Positions 1 to 12,066 of a DNA stretch of 64,000 bases are shown here, in pieces. The notes under the pieces are model-generated. The model was not told the DNA's origin. It searched no databases and saw only the letters and a list, made by a program, of their open reading frames with translations. The stretch's first letter is position 1, and each line of letters begins with the position of its first letter. A program made the position numbers and the translations under genes. Source of the stretch: Camelus dromedarius (Eukaryota); NCBI RefSeq assembly GCF_036321535.1, contig NC_087437.1, positions 11,038,001-11,102,000 of the forward strand, in the 5' to 3' direction.

Positions 1-940
1 TTTTCCTTGTGTTTCGGCTCTTACTCGTTTAGGAAAAAATGCTGTCTTAACTACTGTAATGATTTCCTAAAGCACTGAATTGTAAAATTATGCCTTTTAG
101 ATAGCTGGTGACCGCTGGGCCACTGGAGTCAGTTTCGTGGTGATTATTTATAGCCCGGGCTTCAAGCTCTGCTAAATTGACGAGTTATAGCTGTGTAACT
201 AACCTGTAGCCATAAATGTCTGTAGGCAGAATGTCTGCACATAATAAATGACAAATTTTGTCCAAGTCCTTTAAACTCCAGATTTCGCTTAATAGATATA
301 CTGGAATTATGAGTAAATACTCATTTAGTGCCTTGAAAGCTAAAAATTAAGGTTGAGGGGAGGGTGCTATTTTAGGACGAAATGTCTTTGAGTTGTCACT
401 AAACTAAATGGTAGAGGATAATAAAAGTAAAATTTTCTTTTATATGATTTGATTAGATTTTGACCATTATTTTCCTGTTTCCTAAATATGTAAACCCAAC
501 TAAGTCACTGCTTTGTTGTTTTTCTGGGAGAACTATTAAGTAATCAGATACAGTTGGTTTTAAAGTTTTACAGCTAAATCTCACTTTTTTGAAGATGATT
601 TAAAGGCCACAGTGAAGAGCCTTAAAAATAAATGTAACACATTTGTCTTAAGAAGTTTGCTCAACCTTCTTTTCCTGATTACTAATAGGGCGGAATGCCC
701 CACTTGCTTACCTCAGTGTTGTAAAGTTGAAATGAGTTTGGAGTTTTCTGTGTGTGCTAACTGGTAATGTTAGAGCTGCGCATTTAGCTCATTTTAATAG
801 CTCATCTTTTTTTTTTTAATAACATTGCTTTTTATTGCTTGTGTTTTAAATATAACTTTAGGCCATTACACAATTATAAGAATGTATGTTTTTGAAAAGT
901 TGAAATGCAGAAGTCATGGAGTAAAGAGTGAGAGGTCTGA

Positions 941-1075
941 GGGGGAGGATATATAGCTCAAGTGGTAGTGCACATGCTTAGCATGCACGAGGTCTCCTGG
1001 GTTCAGTCCCCAGTCCCTCCTCTGAAAATAAATAAATACATAAATAAATAAACCTAATTACCTCCCGCCTCCAAA
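941..1075 (+). mobile_element. tRNA-derived SINE, Vic-1 (camelid) type, with TSD
   Basis: A-box-like TAGCTCAAGTGGT, B-box-like GGTTCAGTCCC, (AAAT)n linker and A tail. 15-bp TSD AAAGAGTGAGAG(G/A)TC at 923-937 and 1076-1090. Confidence 0.88.
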
Positions 1076-1804
1076 AAAGAGTGAGAGATCCCTCTCATGA
1101 CCTCTTCTGATCCTGCCCCTTGCACAGAGATGCTCCAAGTTAGCACAGATTGTTTCTGTGAATTTGCATTGTTACATCTTGTGGTTTTATGAAACTTCCT
1201 GGCATTGGTGGTAGTAATAATGAGATGTCAGTTTAGAAATTAATGGCTGCTAACCTTGGACTGAAAAGAGATCCTTTCCTTACAACAGTTAAGGCTTGTA
1301 TATCCCGTCCACGTTTACCATGTTTTAAATTCTTGTTTCGGTATAAAAAAAATGGGTTCAGCAGAAGTCATCCTTTCCAAAATCCTCTATCATCTTACCT
1401 GCTGAGAAATATCCTTCCTTTTATATGCCTCTTGTTCATCTGATGTTACTAAATGCATTAAGGATATAAATTGTGACTTCAACATCTGAATGATGTTTAG
1501 TCTCAACATAATTTTCGTTTGGAAAGTACTACTCCAGTGTGCTTCCCTTTATGTGCAAAGGTCCTGTGGAAAAGTAGTGAGCACTGGGAGACCAGAGTGT
1601 CAACACAAAGTAGCCCAAACCAGGGTCAAGTGCCTGGAAATTAGATCAGCACTTGGGGCCCGAATGGGTGGGAGGGAAGGAAATCTATCCAGAAGGGAAT
1701 TGTGTCCTAAATGAGTAGGAAGTCTTGTGCTCTTATGCTTACCAAAGGACTACGTATGTGGACAGCCTAACTGTGCTGCTGTCGTTTCTCATAAAGTTAA
1801 AAAG

Positions 1805-2345
1805 AATGACCCAGCACTTCTGCCCCTAGTCCCAGAAGGGTTGAAAACAGGGAGTCAAACAAATATTGAGGCAGTGTTCATAGCTGCTCATAATAGCTCA
1901 AAAGTGGAAACAAGCAAGTGTCCATCAACGGATGAGTGGATAAACATACCGTGGTGTATACATACCATGGAAAAGGAATGAAGTTCTTCTACTTGCTACA
2001 CCATGAATGAACTTGAAAATACCACACTAAGGAAAGTAAGCTAGACACAAAAGGACAAATATTGTATGATTCCATTTAAATGAAATGTCTAGAATAGGCA
2101 AATTCACAGAGACAGGAAGATCAGAGTTTTCCAGGGACTGAGGGAAGGAAGGACGGGTAGTTATTTCCTACTGGGTACAGAGTTTGTTTGGGGTGATGAA
2201 CATTTTGCAGACAGATAGTGGTGATGGTTGCACAACGTTGTCAATGTGATTAATGGCATTGAATTTTACACTTAAAATGATTAAAAATGGCAAATTTTAC
2301 AGTATATATTTTATCACACAAAAAAGGTAAAAAAATAAAAATAAG
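1805..2345 (+). mobile_element. Old L1 3' end (L1MB/MC-like)
   Basis: KCPSTDEWIN-type ORF2 end (aagtgtccatcaacggatgagtggataaac), then gacacaaaaggacaaatattgtatgattccattt, gatggttgcacaac and an A-rich tail. Confidence 0.8.
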
Positions 2346-5300
2346 AATATACCACTGTTAAAATGTATTTTGAGGTAAAATTGCTTACAGTTTTTACCAA
2401 GCAACGCTTCAATTTTTAGGGATTCATGTAAAGGATACTAATGTTAGATGCCTGTCACAAGCTGTGAGGGAGCCTGTTACACATAAAAAGTCACTGTCTT
2501 CAAGGAGTTCATTGCCTAGTAAGCGTGGAAAGAAATGCACATACGGATTTTGAATAGTACCTTGGAAACATGAATATTATTTGGGAAGGAATAAATGCGT
2601 CTAACGTGTTCAGAGGGGTGAGCTATTGGTTTGACCTGGGTGTGAGTGTTTGTGGCTGGAGCGCTTAGTGATCCGGGAAGGCTTCTTGGAGGAAGTGAGA
2701 AGTGGGGTGTGGAGGCGTAAGGACAGCTGGAGTAGAGGAAGCAGTGTGAGCACAGACACAGCAGAGGAAAGGCAGAGAGGGCCCTGGTGGGCAAGAGTGA
2801 ATACGCCTGTGGCCAGAGAGCGAGAAAGTGGGAGAAAGAACAGATCACACTTGTGCTCCCCAGTGTCAGGTGAGGCTTTGAAATGTGGTTTACGGATGCT
2901 GGGGAGTCACTGAAACCTTTCTGAGCTGGAAGTGCAATCCAGGTAGAGCTGAATGTCTGGGTAGAGACAAGGTGTAGGGGTGGAGGGGAGCTCTTTGGGA
3001 ACCGGGAGACTTTCAGGCTGCTGCAGCAGTCCAGGTGGGAGCCACGTGGCCTTCCTGGCTGGGGACAGGTGGTGGCCATCAAAGTGGAGAGGAGAGAGAA
3101 GTGGAAAGCAGTGGAATCCAGAGAACTTCGTTGGCCATGGATTTAGATATGGAGGACTTGAAGGGGTCAGAGCCTCTTCGGGTGTTGGGGAGGATGGTGG
3201 TGCCATTAACAGAAGTAGACACGGTAGGAGGATGAACTGGCTTAAAGGAGGTGATGAGGTCAGATCCTGCTCCCCAGTTTAGTTACTTGCTTTGTTGACC
3301 ATGTAACACACAGCCTAGCATATTGCTGCCACTTAGTAGGCCCTCAGTAAATATTTGCATTTCGATTGTGTATTTAAGCTTCTTATTAATCAGCCATTGA
3401 ACTCTCAAATCTGTCTAGCCTACTTTTAGATTAGATGAATTAAATAGGTTATAAACTACCTAAAAGGCAGGGACCATGATTTCTGTCTTTGATTACAATC
3501 CTGCATGATTTTCCCCCCAATTTTTTAAGTTTGAAAAATTCAAAACACAGAAGAGTTGAAAGAACATTAAGGGAACACCCATCTTTCCCCCTGATTCATC
3601 AGCTGTTAAGATTTCATCGTGTTTGCTCTGTCTCTCTTATCTCTATATACTTATTTTGCGGAACCATTTGAAAGTGAGCTGCAGGCATCATGACGCTTGT
3701 GTGTTTAGGTTTCCTTGCGATGAGTCTGCGGTGGGCTGGCAAGTGCAGGGGCTGGCACTGGCCTGGGTGTGTACGTTAGATCTGAGGGTGGGTGATAAGT
3801 ACACCCGATTGCCGAGGGGAAGAGGAGAATTGAGAACCGTGCTCTGAGGGATGCTATAAATGCAGGGTGGGAAAGCAAAGAGGACCTGGAGGAAAGAGAA
3901 GCAAAGCTTGGGGAGAGCTGCAGCCCTGGGAGGCGGGGGTTTCTGTGGGCCTTTGAGTGTACAGTTAAGAGTGTGCATTGTAGACTGAGAGGAAAGAAGT
4001 GAAAAGGCGAGAGAGGGAGATGTGATGCGTTTTGAACCTGCTTGTAGAGAAGGTGAGAGAATGGGCAACTGAGGTTGTGGGTGGAGAGCAGATATTTTGG
4101 AAGCCCGGTGGCCTGGGCTTGGCCTGGACTTGACGATAGTGGCCTTTTCTAGGGCACTGGAAGCATCTGTGGGCCTTGAGTAGCACTCCAGCTACTTGTG
4201 TAAAGAAGCAGCATCTGTTCTCTCAGGGTAGACTTTAAGTTCCTTGAGAGCAGGGACTATGTCTTTCCATCCCTACAATGCCCAACAAAGAGTAGATAAA
4301 CCATACATATTTGTTAAATTAATACACAAAACACAAAAACCTAATTCGGGTCTGATGGTTTAAGGGAATGTCCTCATTACCCTCTTCAGAAAATAATGGA
4401 AAGACCTGGGGAAATTGCTGTCGCATTTTGCAGCTGGCCATGGCTGGCCGTCTCTCTGAGTTGGCACCCAAGCGGTTCTGGCAATTTTCACCTTCCTGGA
4501 ATCCCAGGAGCTCTGGGCTGCAGTGTGATACAAAAGACAGTGCTGCGGGCTCGACTGAGAAGATGTGTACGGAGAATATCAATACCTCCGATCCGCCTGT
4601 TTTGACTTTACAGGACTATTGTTTGCCAACAAATGCGCGTGGGTTTAGGGGTGCCGCGTAAATTGGGCTTCCCGGAGACGTTCCCCCATATCCCAGAGCT
4701 GTTCCAAGAGCTGGTTATGTTCGAGATGCTGGCGCCCGCCTGAGACATCTGACACATTCCCCATCAGCAGTGGAGTGAAACAGGGTTTCATAATAAGCCC
4801 ATTCTTATTCCGCCTCTCTTATGCAGTCATGCTCTAAAGTGAAACAAAAGACCTAGTAACTGGTGTCAGAATATGCTTCTAATCCTCTGGGAAACTTCCT
4901 ACTCTGCAGGCTAAGAAGCTCATCAGAGCTCCTTGCTTGAGAACTGTAATCCAGGAAGTGCTGTGTGCTAACGGCTCCTTTCTCGAAACATACGTGCATG
5001 TGATTGTGGATTGCTTTGTTGAGTCCACACCACAGGTCGTCGGTGAAAAAATTTGAGGAAGGCCAAAGTGGTGTCTCACCCAGGCAGGAAAGCGCTGCAA
5101 AGCCAACAGTTTTCATAGGCAGAGCATAACTGGGAGTTGTCACTGGGCTTTGCTACCTGGGGCAGCATAGGGTTTACTAATACTTTAATTAACAAAATAG
5201 TTAAAAGCTGATTTCTGTCTGCTTTCTAAAGAACCTGAATATGACAAAATGAAATTCCAGGCCAAAAGGAAGGGGCTGTATCATCCAGCTCGTACACAGC

Positions 5301-5667
5301 ATTCAGCATTGCGTTCGTTGCAGGCGTCACGTCCGGCTTGACCGTGGTGACCTGTGTCAGTACTACACTTAAATTAGAGGATCTCCAGCATTCGCATGAC
5401 GGCCGTTACGTGTAACATGTGGACGTTGGGGTTTCTGTTTAAACTGACTGATGGAAAATTGATATGGGATGGACCCAAATATGTTCTATAGAAAAAGACA
5501 TGGAAGCGCGTTTTCAAATAGCAATAGATAAAGCAGCTCAGAATGGCTTTGCTTAGAGAAAAGTTACAGAGTGGATACAGCTCAGAAAGTCAGAATTATA
5601 ATCAGGAAGCAGTGCTGTACATGAGTGACAGCGGCGTGAGCCAATCAGATTTTATTCATTTAAGATG

Positions 5668-5957
5668 CAGGCAGGCCTCGTTTTGTTTCTCCAGATTGTG
5701 CTTCGAAGATAACACATTTTTTGTAACTTCAAGATTTGTGGCAACCCTGTCTTGTTAAGTGACAGCAATTTTAGCAATAAAGTGTCGTTTAAGGTGTGTC
5801 CGTGGCTTTTTTAGACATAGTGCTGTTGCACTCTGAGACTGCAGAATGGCGTAAACGTAACTTCCGCGTGCTCTGGGACACCAGTGTGTGTGACTCACTG
5901 TGTTGCTTTATGGCAGTGGTCTGGACCCGAACCTGCATTTTCTCCAAGGTGTGTCCT
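5668..5957. mobile_element. Internally deleted Tigger1-derived MITE (TcMar-Tigger)
   Basis: Left end caggcaggcctcgttttg...tttgtggcaaccctg is joined directly to the right end ttagcaataaag...ggtctggacccgaacctgca...aggtgtgtcct, both resembling Tigger1 termini. Confidence 0.8.
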
Positions 5958-6639
5958 CTGTGTGCTGCGCTCTGTGGGTGACTGACACAGACCTGGCCTC
6001 GGGCTTATGCGGCTTGAGTTTTAGTAGGCAGTACAGACCGTATCCAAGTTAGAGGGTTAGTAAACTGTACAGTAGTAAACCGTAGGCTGGTAGGAGAAAA
6101 ATTAACAGTGCAGTAATGGAGAATAATTGTGGGTGGCGGTTACTTGGAGAAGACTTAAAAAGACATTTAGGAAAAGACCTGAAAGATGAGAAGCAAGGAG
6201 ATACACTTGTGAAAAGAGCACATCCTTGGGAAGAGCATCGCAGACAGAAGCACAGACACCGGCTGTGAGCTGGGGAGAGCCGCATGATACAGGAGCCTGT
6301 AGACCAGGGCAGAGTTTGGATTTTATTCTAAGAACAGTGGGAAGCCATTCAAGGTTTTGAAGCAAGGAAGTGACATTATTTCAGTAGTGATTTAAAAGTC
6401 TTTTCCTAGCCTCCTTGCTAGCTGGGAGGAAGGCACGAGTTGGCTTTATTCTGCGCAGCTGGTGATAGTAGCTAGGACTGAGGTGGTGGCACTGAAGGTG
6501 GGTTTAGAACACCTGGACATGTGGATGGATTGCATATGGCCGATGAGAGAGGACCAAGAATGGCTCCAGGTGTCTGTGGTTTTAGCCATTACGTAGATGA
6601 TGGTGCTGTTTTATTGACAGGGAGAAGATTGGAATAAGG

Positions 6640-6640
<1 letters not shown>

Positions 6641-6670
<30 letters not shown>
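6641..6670. repeat. (TG)15 microsatellite
   Basis: Direct reading. Confidence 0.95.
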
Positions 6671-6671
<1 letters not shown>

Positions 6672-9241
6672 CAGGAAAGGGAAGTGTGTCTTTTGGATGT
6701 GTTAGGTATGAAGTAAATGCCAGTGAAGCATCCAAATGAAGGTGTCAGATAGAAGTTAGCTATAAGTAACTGGAGTTCAGAGGAATATTGTGAACGCAAG
6801 ACACATAAAAGCTTGAGATACGTATAGGGGCTCTTGACTGTCTGGGGAATACCTCTAGCTTACCTAGAAAGAAAGGGTGTGGTGAGAAGGGGACTCAGGA
6901 TGAAGACTTGGACATCTTTAATTAGAGTTTGTATAGTCTGAAGGAGAAGCCAGCAAAGGAGACTGCAAAAAAAGAAGGAAAATCACGAGAATATGGTGTC
7001 AGAAAGCAGTGAGTGGGAAGTGTTTTGAGATAGTGATCATCAATTTTGAAATATACTGTTGAGGTGGAAAAAGATGGAGACCAGCAAGTGACCACTGGAG
7101 TTTACAACTTAACCAAATTTGTTGTTAATATTCAAGACAGATCCAGTGAGGGGCTGATTGTCAAGAAGGAAAGGATTTTTTTATTTCTGTTACTGGAAGA
7201 TTTCGTTGTGTTTATCGAGGGAAGTGATTCACTATTAACCAGATTTTTAATACTAATGTAGAATTTCTTGACATTGTGTATATTATTTCCCTTTGTGAGG
7301 GGTGTGTTCTGTCATTTTCAATGGATAGTCAAAGGAGTTGAGGAGGGTTCCTTTTCTCTCCCTTTACCAGAAAAAGTTAGCTTGTGCTTTACTAGATTCA
7401 AGTCCCTTGTGGTCTTTATGACTAACATTGTAGCATGGATACTGTATGTAAGTAGTGCAGGGTTCATATATTACAACTTGATGAATCCCTTTTGCTGGAC
7501 TTAGTTTGACAATACTAAGCAGTGGGTAAATTGGAAAATCAGTAAATTGCTGCTACCGTCCTTGAACTTTTTTTTTTACATGCTTTGACTTGCATCCACA
7601 TTTTGTGCTCTTCCCCCTTGTGAATACACTAGAATGAGTGGGTAGAAGTGTTTACTATTAACACAGCATGTTATTCATCATATTCAGTTTCTTTTCATTC
7701 TTTTAAGATTGGCTGTTGTGTTAATGTTTTACACTGAATGTACCTGGAACTCTTAAAGCATCATATAGGCATCATGTTTAATTAATTTGTTTCAGATTAT
7801 CCCAGGTACTCTTGATAATTGAGATTGTCCCCTTTTCTGAGGTTGGCTCCCAAGACACATACTTGTAAATTACATGCAGTAAGCTAGGGGGCAATAAGAC
7901 ACCTAGAGTTATTGCTGAGTGTGGTTAACAGCTTCATATGAGAGTGTCCCAAGATGCAAGTGTTTATCTCAGTTCTTCCCATCAGAGCAGTGTGTTTACA
8001 TAGCGGCTATGTAAAAAAATTCAGATGCCAGATTCCCATTCAGATTTAGAGGTATGGGGGCTTGGGGGAAGAGTTGCACAAACATCCTGAGGGATCTAGC
8101 TGGTGTCTTTTTATTCACATCCCAAAAGTTGTCAATCAAAGCGCTACATTTTTAGTCTCAAAAAAATGGTGTATTTCATTGACATTAACTTTGTTTAAAA
8201 GTGGCTTCTTTGGGTTATGATTGGTATTTTTCACATTTTAAAACGATTAGAGATAATCTTCTAGTATTCCCTAGGAGTAGATAAATAGTTGGAGGAGAAA
8301 TTATTTATGATATCCCTTATTCAGATAACTTTGACAAATTTCTAAATTAAAATTAGCGATATAGGGAAATCATTTTTATCTGTATAATGTGAAGCTTCAG
8401 ACTTGAATCCTGGCTCTGGGTCACTTGGTGAGATGGAGGCAGCTGGTAGATTGTGTCCTTTGGGTAAGTCAGTGACTCAGACTGCCTGGAAAAGTGACAG
8501 CAGAGTTCTGGGAGCATTGAGGGTAGAATTAAGAAATTTTCGGGATTAGGAGACATTCTGCTAGTTCAGAGTGCTGGAATCACAGAAGCATTAGGTGCTG
8601 CCAGAGGAAAGCAAATGGTAACGTGTGGAACCACAAGTGTTTTGGCTGCATGGAACTTTCCTCCCCAAATAGCTCAAGTTTCTCCTACCGCCACTCATAA
8701 CCCTTCCTCCTTTATAGAAATGCATCTCTGTTTTTTAAGGTAATTTATTGGAATTGGCTTTATAAAATTTTATTTCTTAGCAGACTTTGCTAGAACACAT
8801 TTATCCTAAAGAAAAGGAGATTGTTGAATTGGTGTACATCAAAGACCCTAAAAGAAAACATTTGTTTTATAACAAGCACCCAGGAGGGTTTTTTAAAGAT
8901 AAGTTTCCTCTACGCTAAGTAAATATTTCAACAAATGTATGTTAAGTGATTATAGTAATGTGTGAGCAGAGACTGGCAGTAAAATAGCAATACCATATAT
9001 TACTTAATAGTATGTGATACTTCTCTGGCCTTGGTGCTTTTTCTGAGTAACCTTTTGTATGAAAGTCCTCAGAATGCATAGCTTCATTCTTCAGCTAGAC
9101 TGGTAGCCCCCTAGAAAGTGTTTCTTCTTTGTAGCTTAGTATTCTGAGATGTTTTCACATCTAAAATGTATTTATTATGTAGTAAACATTGTCAAGTGAT
9201 ATAGACCAGTCCTCATACAAACTATATGTCAAAGACACAAT

Positions 9242-10146
9242 TAAAAAAAATTTTATTGAGTTATAGTCAGTTTACAATGTTGTATTAATTTCTGATGTAG
9301 AGCACAATTTTTCAGTCATACATGAACATACATACATTCATTGTCACATTTGTTTTCACCATGAGCTGCCACAAGATCTTGTATATATTTCCCTGTGCTA
9401 TACAGTATAATCTTGTTTATCTATTCTATATATACCTATCAGTATCTACAGATTTTGAACTTCCAGTCTGTCCCCTCCCACCCCCCTTTTCCCAGCAATC
9501 ACAAGTTTATATTCTATGTCTATGAGTCTGTTTCTGTTTTATATTTAAGTTCATTTGTTGTCTTCTTTTCTTTTTTGAGATTCCACATATGAGTGATATC
9601 ATATGATATTTTTTCTTTCTCTTTCTGGCTTACTTCACTTAGAATGACATTCTCCAGGGACATCCATGTTGCTGCAAATGGCATTATGTTGTCATTTTTA
9701 TGGCTGAATAGTATTCCATTGTATAAATATACCACAACTTCTTTATCCAGTCATCTGTTGTTGGACATTTAGGCTATGTCCATGACTTGGCTATTGTAAA
9801 TAGTGTTGCTATGAATATTGGGGTGTTGGTATCTTTTTGAATTAGGGCTCCTTCTGGATATATGCCCAGGAGTGGGATGACTGGGTCATATGGTAAGTCT
9901 ATTCCTAGTCTTTTGAGGAATCGCTGTACTGTTTTCCACAGTGGCTACACCAAACTGCATTCCCACCAGCAGTGTAGAAGGGTTCCCTTTTCTCCACACC
10001 CTCTCCAGCATTTACTATTTGTGGACTTTTGAATGATGGCCATTCTGACTGGTGTTAGGTGATACCTCATTGTAGTTTTGATTTGCATTTTTCTGATAAT
10101 TAGTGATATTGAACATTTTTTCATGTGCCTGTTGATCATTCGTATG
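9242..10146 (-). mobile_element. 5'-truncated, relatively young L1 (ORF2 C-terminus plus 3' UTR) with TSD
   Basis: Translates to [58 protein letters not shown] (ORF2 Cys-rich region). 11-bp TSD AAAGACACAAT at 9231-9241 and 10147-10157. Confidence 0.92.
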
Positions 10147-11193
10147 AAAGACACAATACTTGTTAGAACCAAAATTTGAAATTGGTTTCATTCTGTCTGG
10201 TCATATTGTTGAACCCTGTGTAGATGTAGGGTTTTCTACTACATTTTACTGTAACTGTTTACATCTAGGTATACTGGGAGGAAATTCTGTGTTGTAGTAC
10301 CTGCAAGTTAAAACACATGACTGAAAAAAAACTGAACAGCTATTAATATCTTGGAGTCCAAATTAATTGTTAGGATGGAAGTTTTTGTGGCTTGGAGGAT
10401 TGGATGCTCCCGTCTCTGTTTCTGTGTCCTGTTTACTGTGAGGTGTGTATTGATGAGTGAATTTTCATCTGCTCTCTCCGCTCTTACGGCAGACAGCGGG
10501 TGCTGTTTGTCTTTTTCCCAGGCCGCTCTTGAAACCTTCCTACAGTTAGTGTTACAGTCCAACTCTCATTGCTTTCCCAAGATTTAAACTCCCCAGACTG
10601 GTAGTGAGCCTCTCCAGGGCAGTCATCTTCCAGTTCTGAAGCTTCTCTGATACCCGACAAGCCCCAAATCTAGGGCATGGTGTGAGGATGGTAACATTTA
10701 CCGGTTGTCGTTTGGCCTGAAGGAGCATAAAAAGAAGTGCCATCTCGTTGTTTAATGGGCTAAGTCGAATCTCAGACACCTGGTGACAGTACTGCAGGCA
10801 TAGTTGGCATTGACCTTTCTGGTTAAAATCTTTTGTCAGTTCACTGTTGCGTTTCTTTTGGTTTGTGTTTTTTTGTTTCTTTGGGGGGAGGTAATTCACT
10901 CTTGGGTTTCTGACTTTTTCATACCCTGGTTTGCTTCCTCCCCTCCCTGTCCCTTAAAGAAAGAAAAGTTAGCCAATTGGGTGAAGTTTTCTCAGAAATT
11001 TCTTCTGAACATACTCACTTGGGCCAGAAAACAGATAGTTTGTGACACTTGACTTTTCAAGGAAGAGAGATGATTGTGTGTATCCAGACTATATATATGA
11101 ATTCCTGTTGGCCTGAACTTTTGAAGGTATGATTCATTCCCCAACAGGTGTTTACCAAGCCCACTAGATTAGTAATTACGTTCCTTGAATGAG

Positions 11194-11445
11194 GTTTTTT
11201 TTTAAATTGAAGTATAGTCGGTTTACAATGTTGTGTTAATTTCTGGTGCCCAGCATAGTGATTCAGTTATACATATATATAATTCCTTTTCATATTCTTT
11301 TTCATTATAGGCTATTACAAGATACTGAATATAGTTGCCTGTGCTATACAGGACCTTGTTGTTTAGCTGTTTTAGGTATAGTAGTTAGTATCTGCAAATC
11401 CCAAACTCCCAATTTATCCCTTCCTCCTTCCCCCTCTGGTACCCA
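11194..11445 (-). mobile_element. Short L1 3' UTR fragment
   Basis: T-tail plus attgaagtatagtcggtttacaatgttgtgttaatttctggtg; homologous to 9250-9500 and 32545-32807. Confidence 0.8.
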
Positions 11446-11879
11446 TCATTTACATCATGAGAATTGTCTGTAATAGTAACAGATTTTTGTTTGTTCCAGT
11501 TAAATCTGACCACCAGCTTTGCAAGTGTATTGAGGCCTGGCATGGTTGTCAGTGACTCAGCTGGGGTGGGCCGGGCAGTCTCCTGCCTGCCCCACCTGCG
11601 CTCCCCGCCTGCTTGTTTTACTGTAATGCAGGCTGAGCAATACAGATCATTGACGACACTGCCAGTACTCTGGTTTGTGCCCGCCCTGGCTTACTCCACT
11701 GTATGGCGCTTTGACTTAAGATGCAGCTGTAACCAGCTGCTCCTCACCACATTCAGTCGCTCATCTTAACGTTTATTGGGCATTTCCTGGTGTGCCAGGT
11801 ACGGAAGACAGAGCAGTGGACAAGCTCTCGTGGAACTGACATTCATGTGGAGGGAGGGACAGTTTTAAAAGTGCATAAA

Positions 11880-12066
11880 ACAGTTCTCATCCCAAGAAAA
11901 AGATTTTTCTGTTTATTTTTGTATCTGAATGAGACGATGGATGGTCACTGAACTTACTTTGATAATCATTTCATGGTGTTTGTAAGTCAGATCATTATGC
12001 TGTACACCTTAAACTTATACCGTGCTGTATGTCAGTTATACTGCAATACAACTGGAAGGAAAAAAT
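11880..12066 (+). mobile_element. L1 3' end fragment
   Basis: atcattatgctgtacaccttaaacttataccgtgctgtatgtcagttata...ggaaaaaa. Confidence 0.75.

Larger units (their letters stand above)
2480..7100. repeat. Scattered L2-like remnants (about 2500-3290, 3870-4330, 6000-7100)
   Basis: Purine-rich L2 motifs such as gggaaggcttcttggaggaagtga, gagtttggattttattctaag...gggaagccatt...ttttgaagcaaggaagtgacat and ttccttgagagcagggactatgtct. Confidence 0.6.

Noticed and set aside
941..1020. tRNA-like sequence (A and B boxes)
   Set aside because: It has an A-rich tail, a TSD and seven diverged relatives in the window, so it is a SINE and not a tRNA gene.
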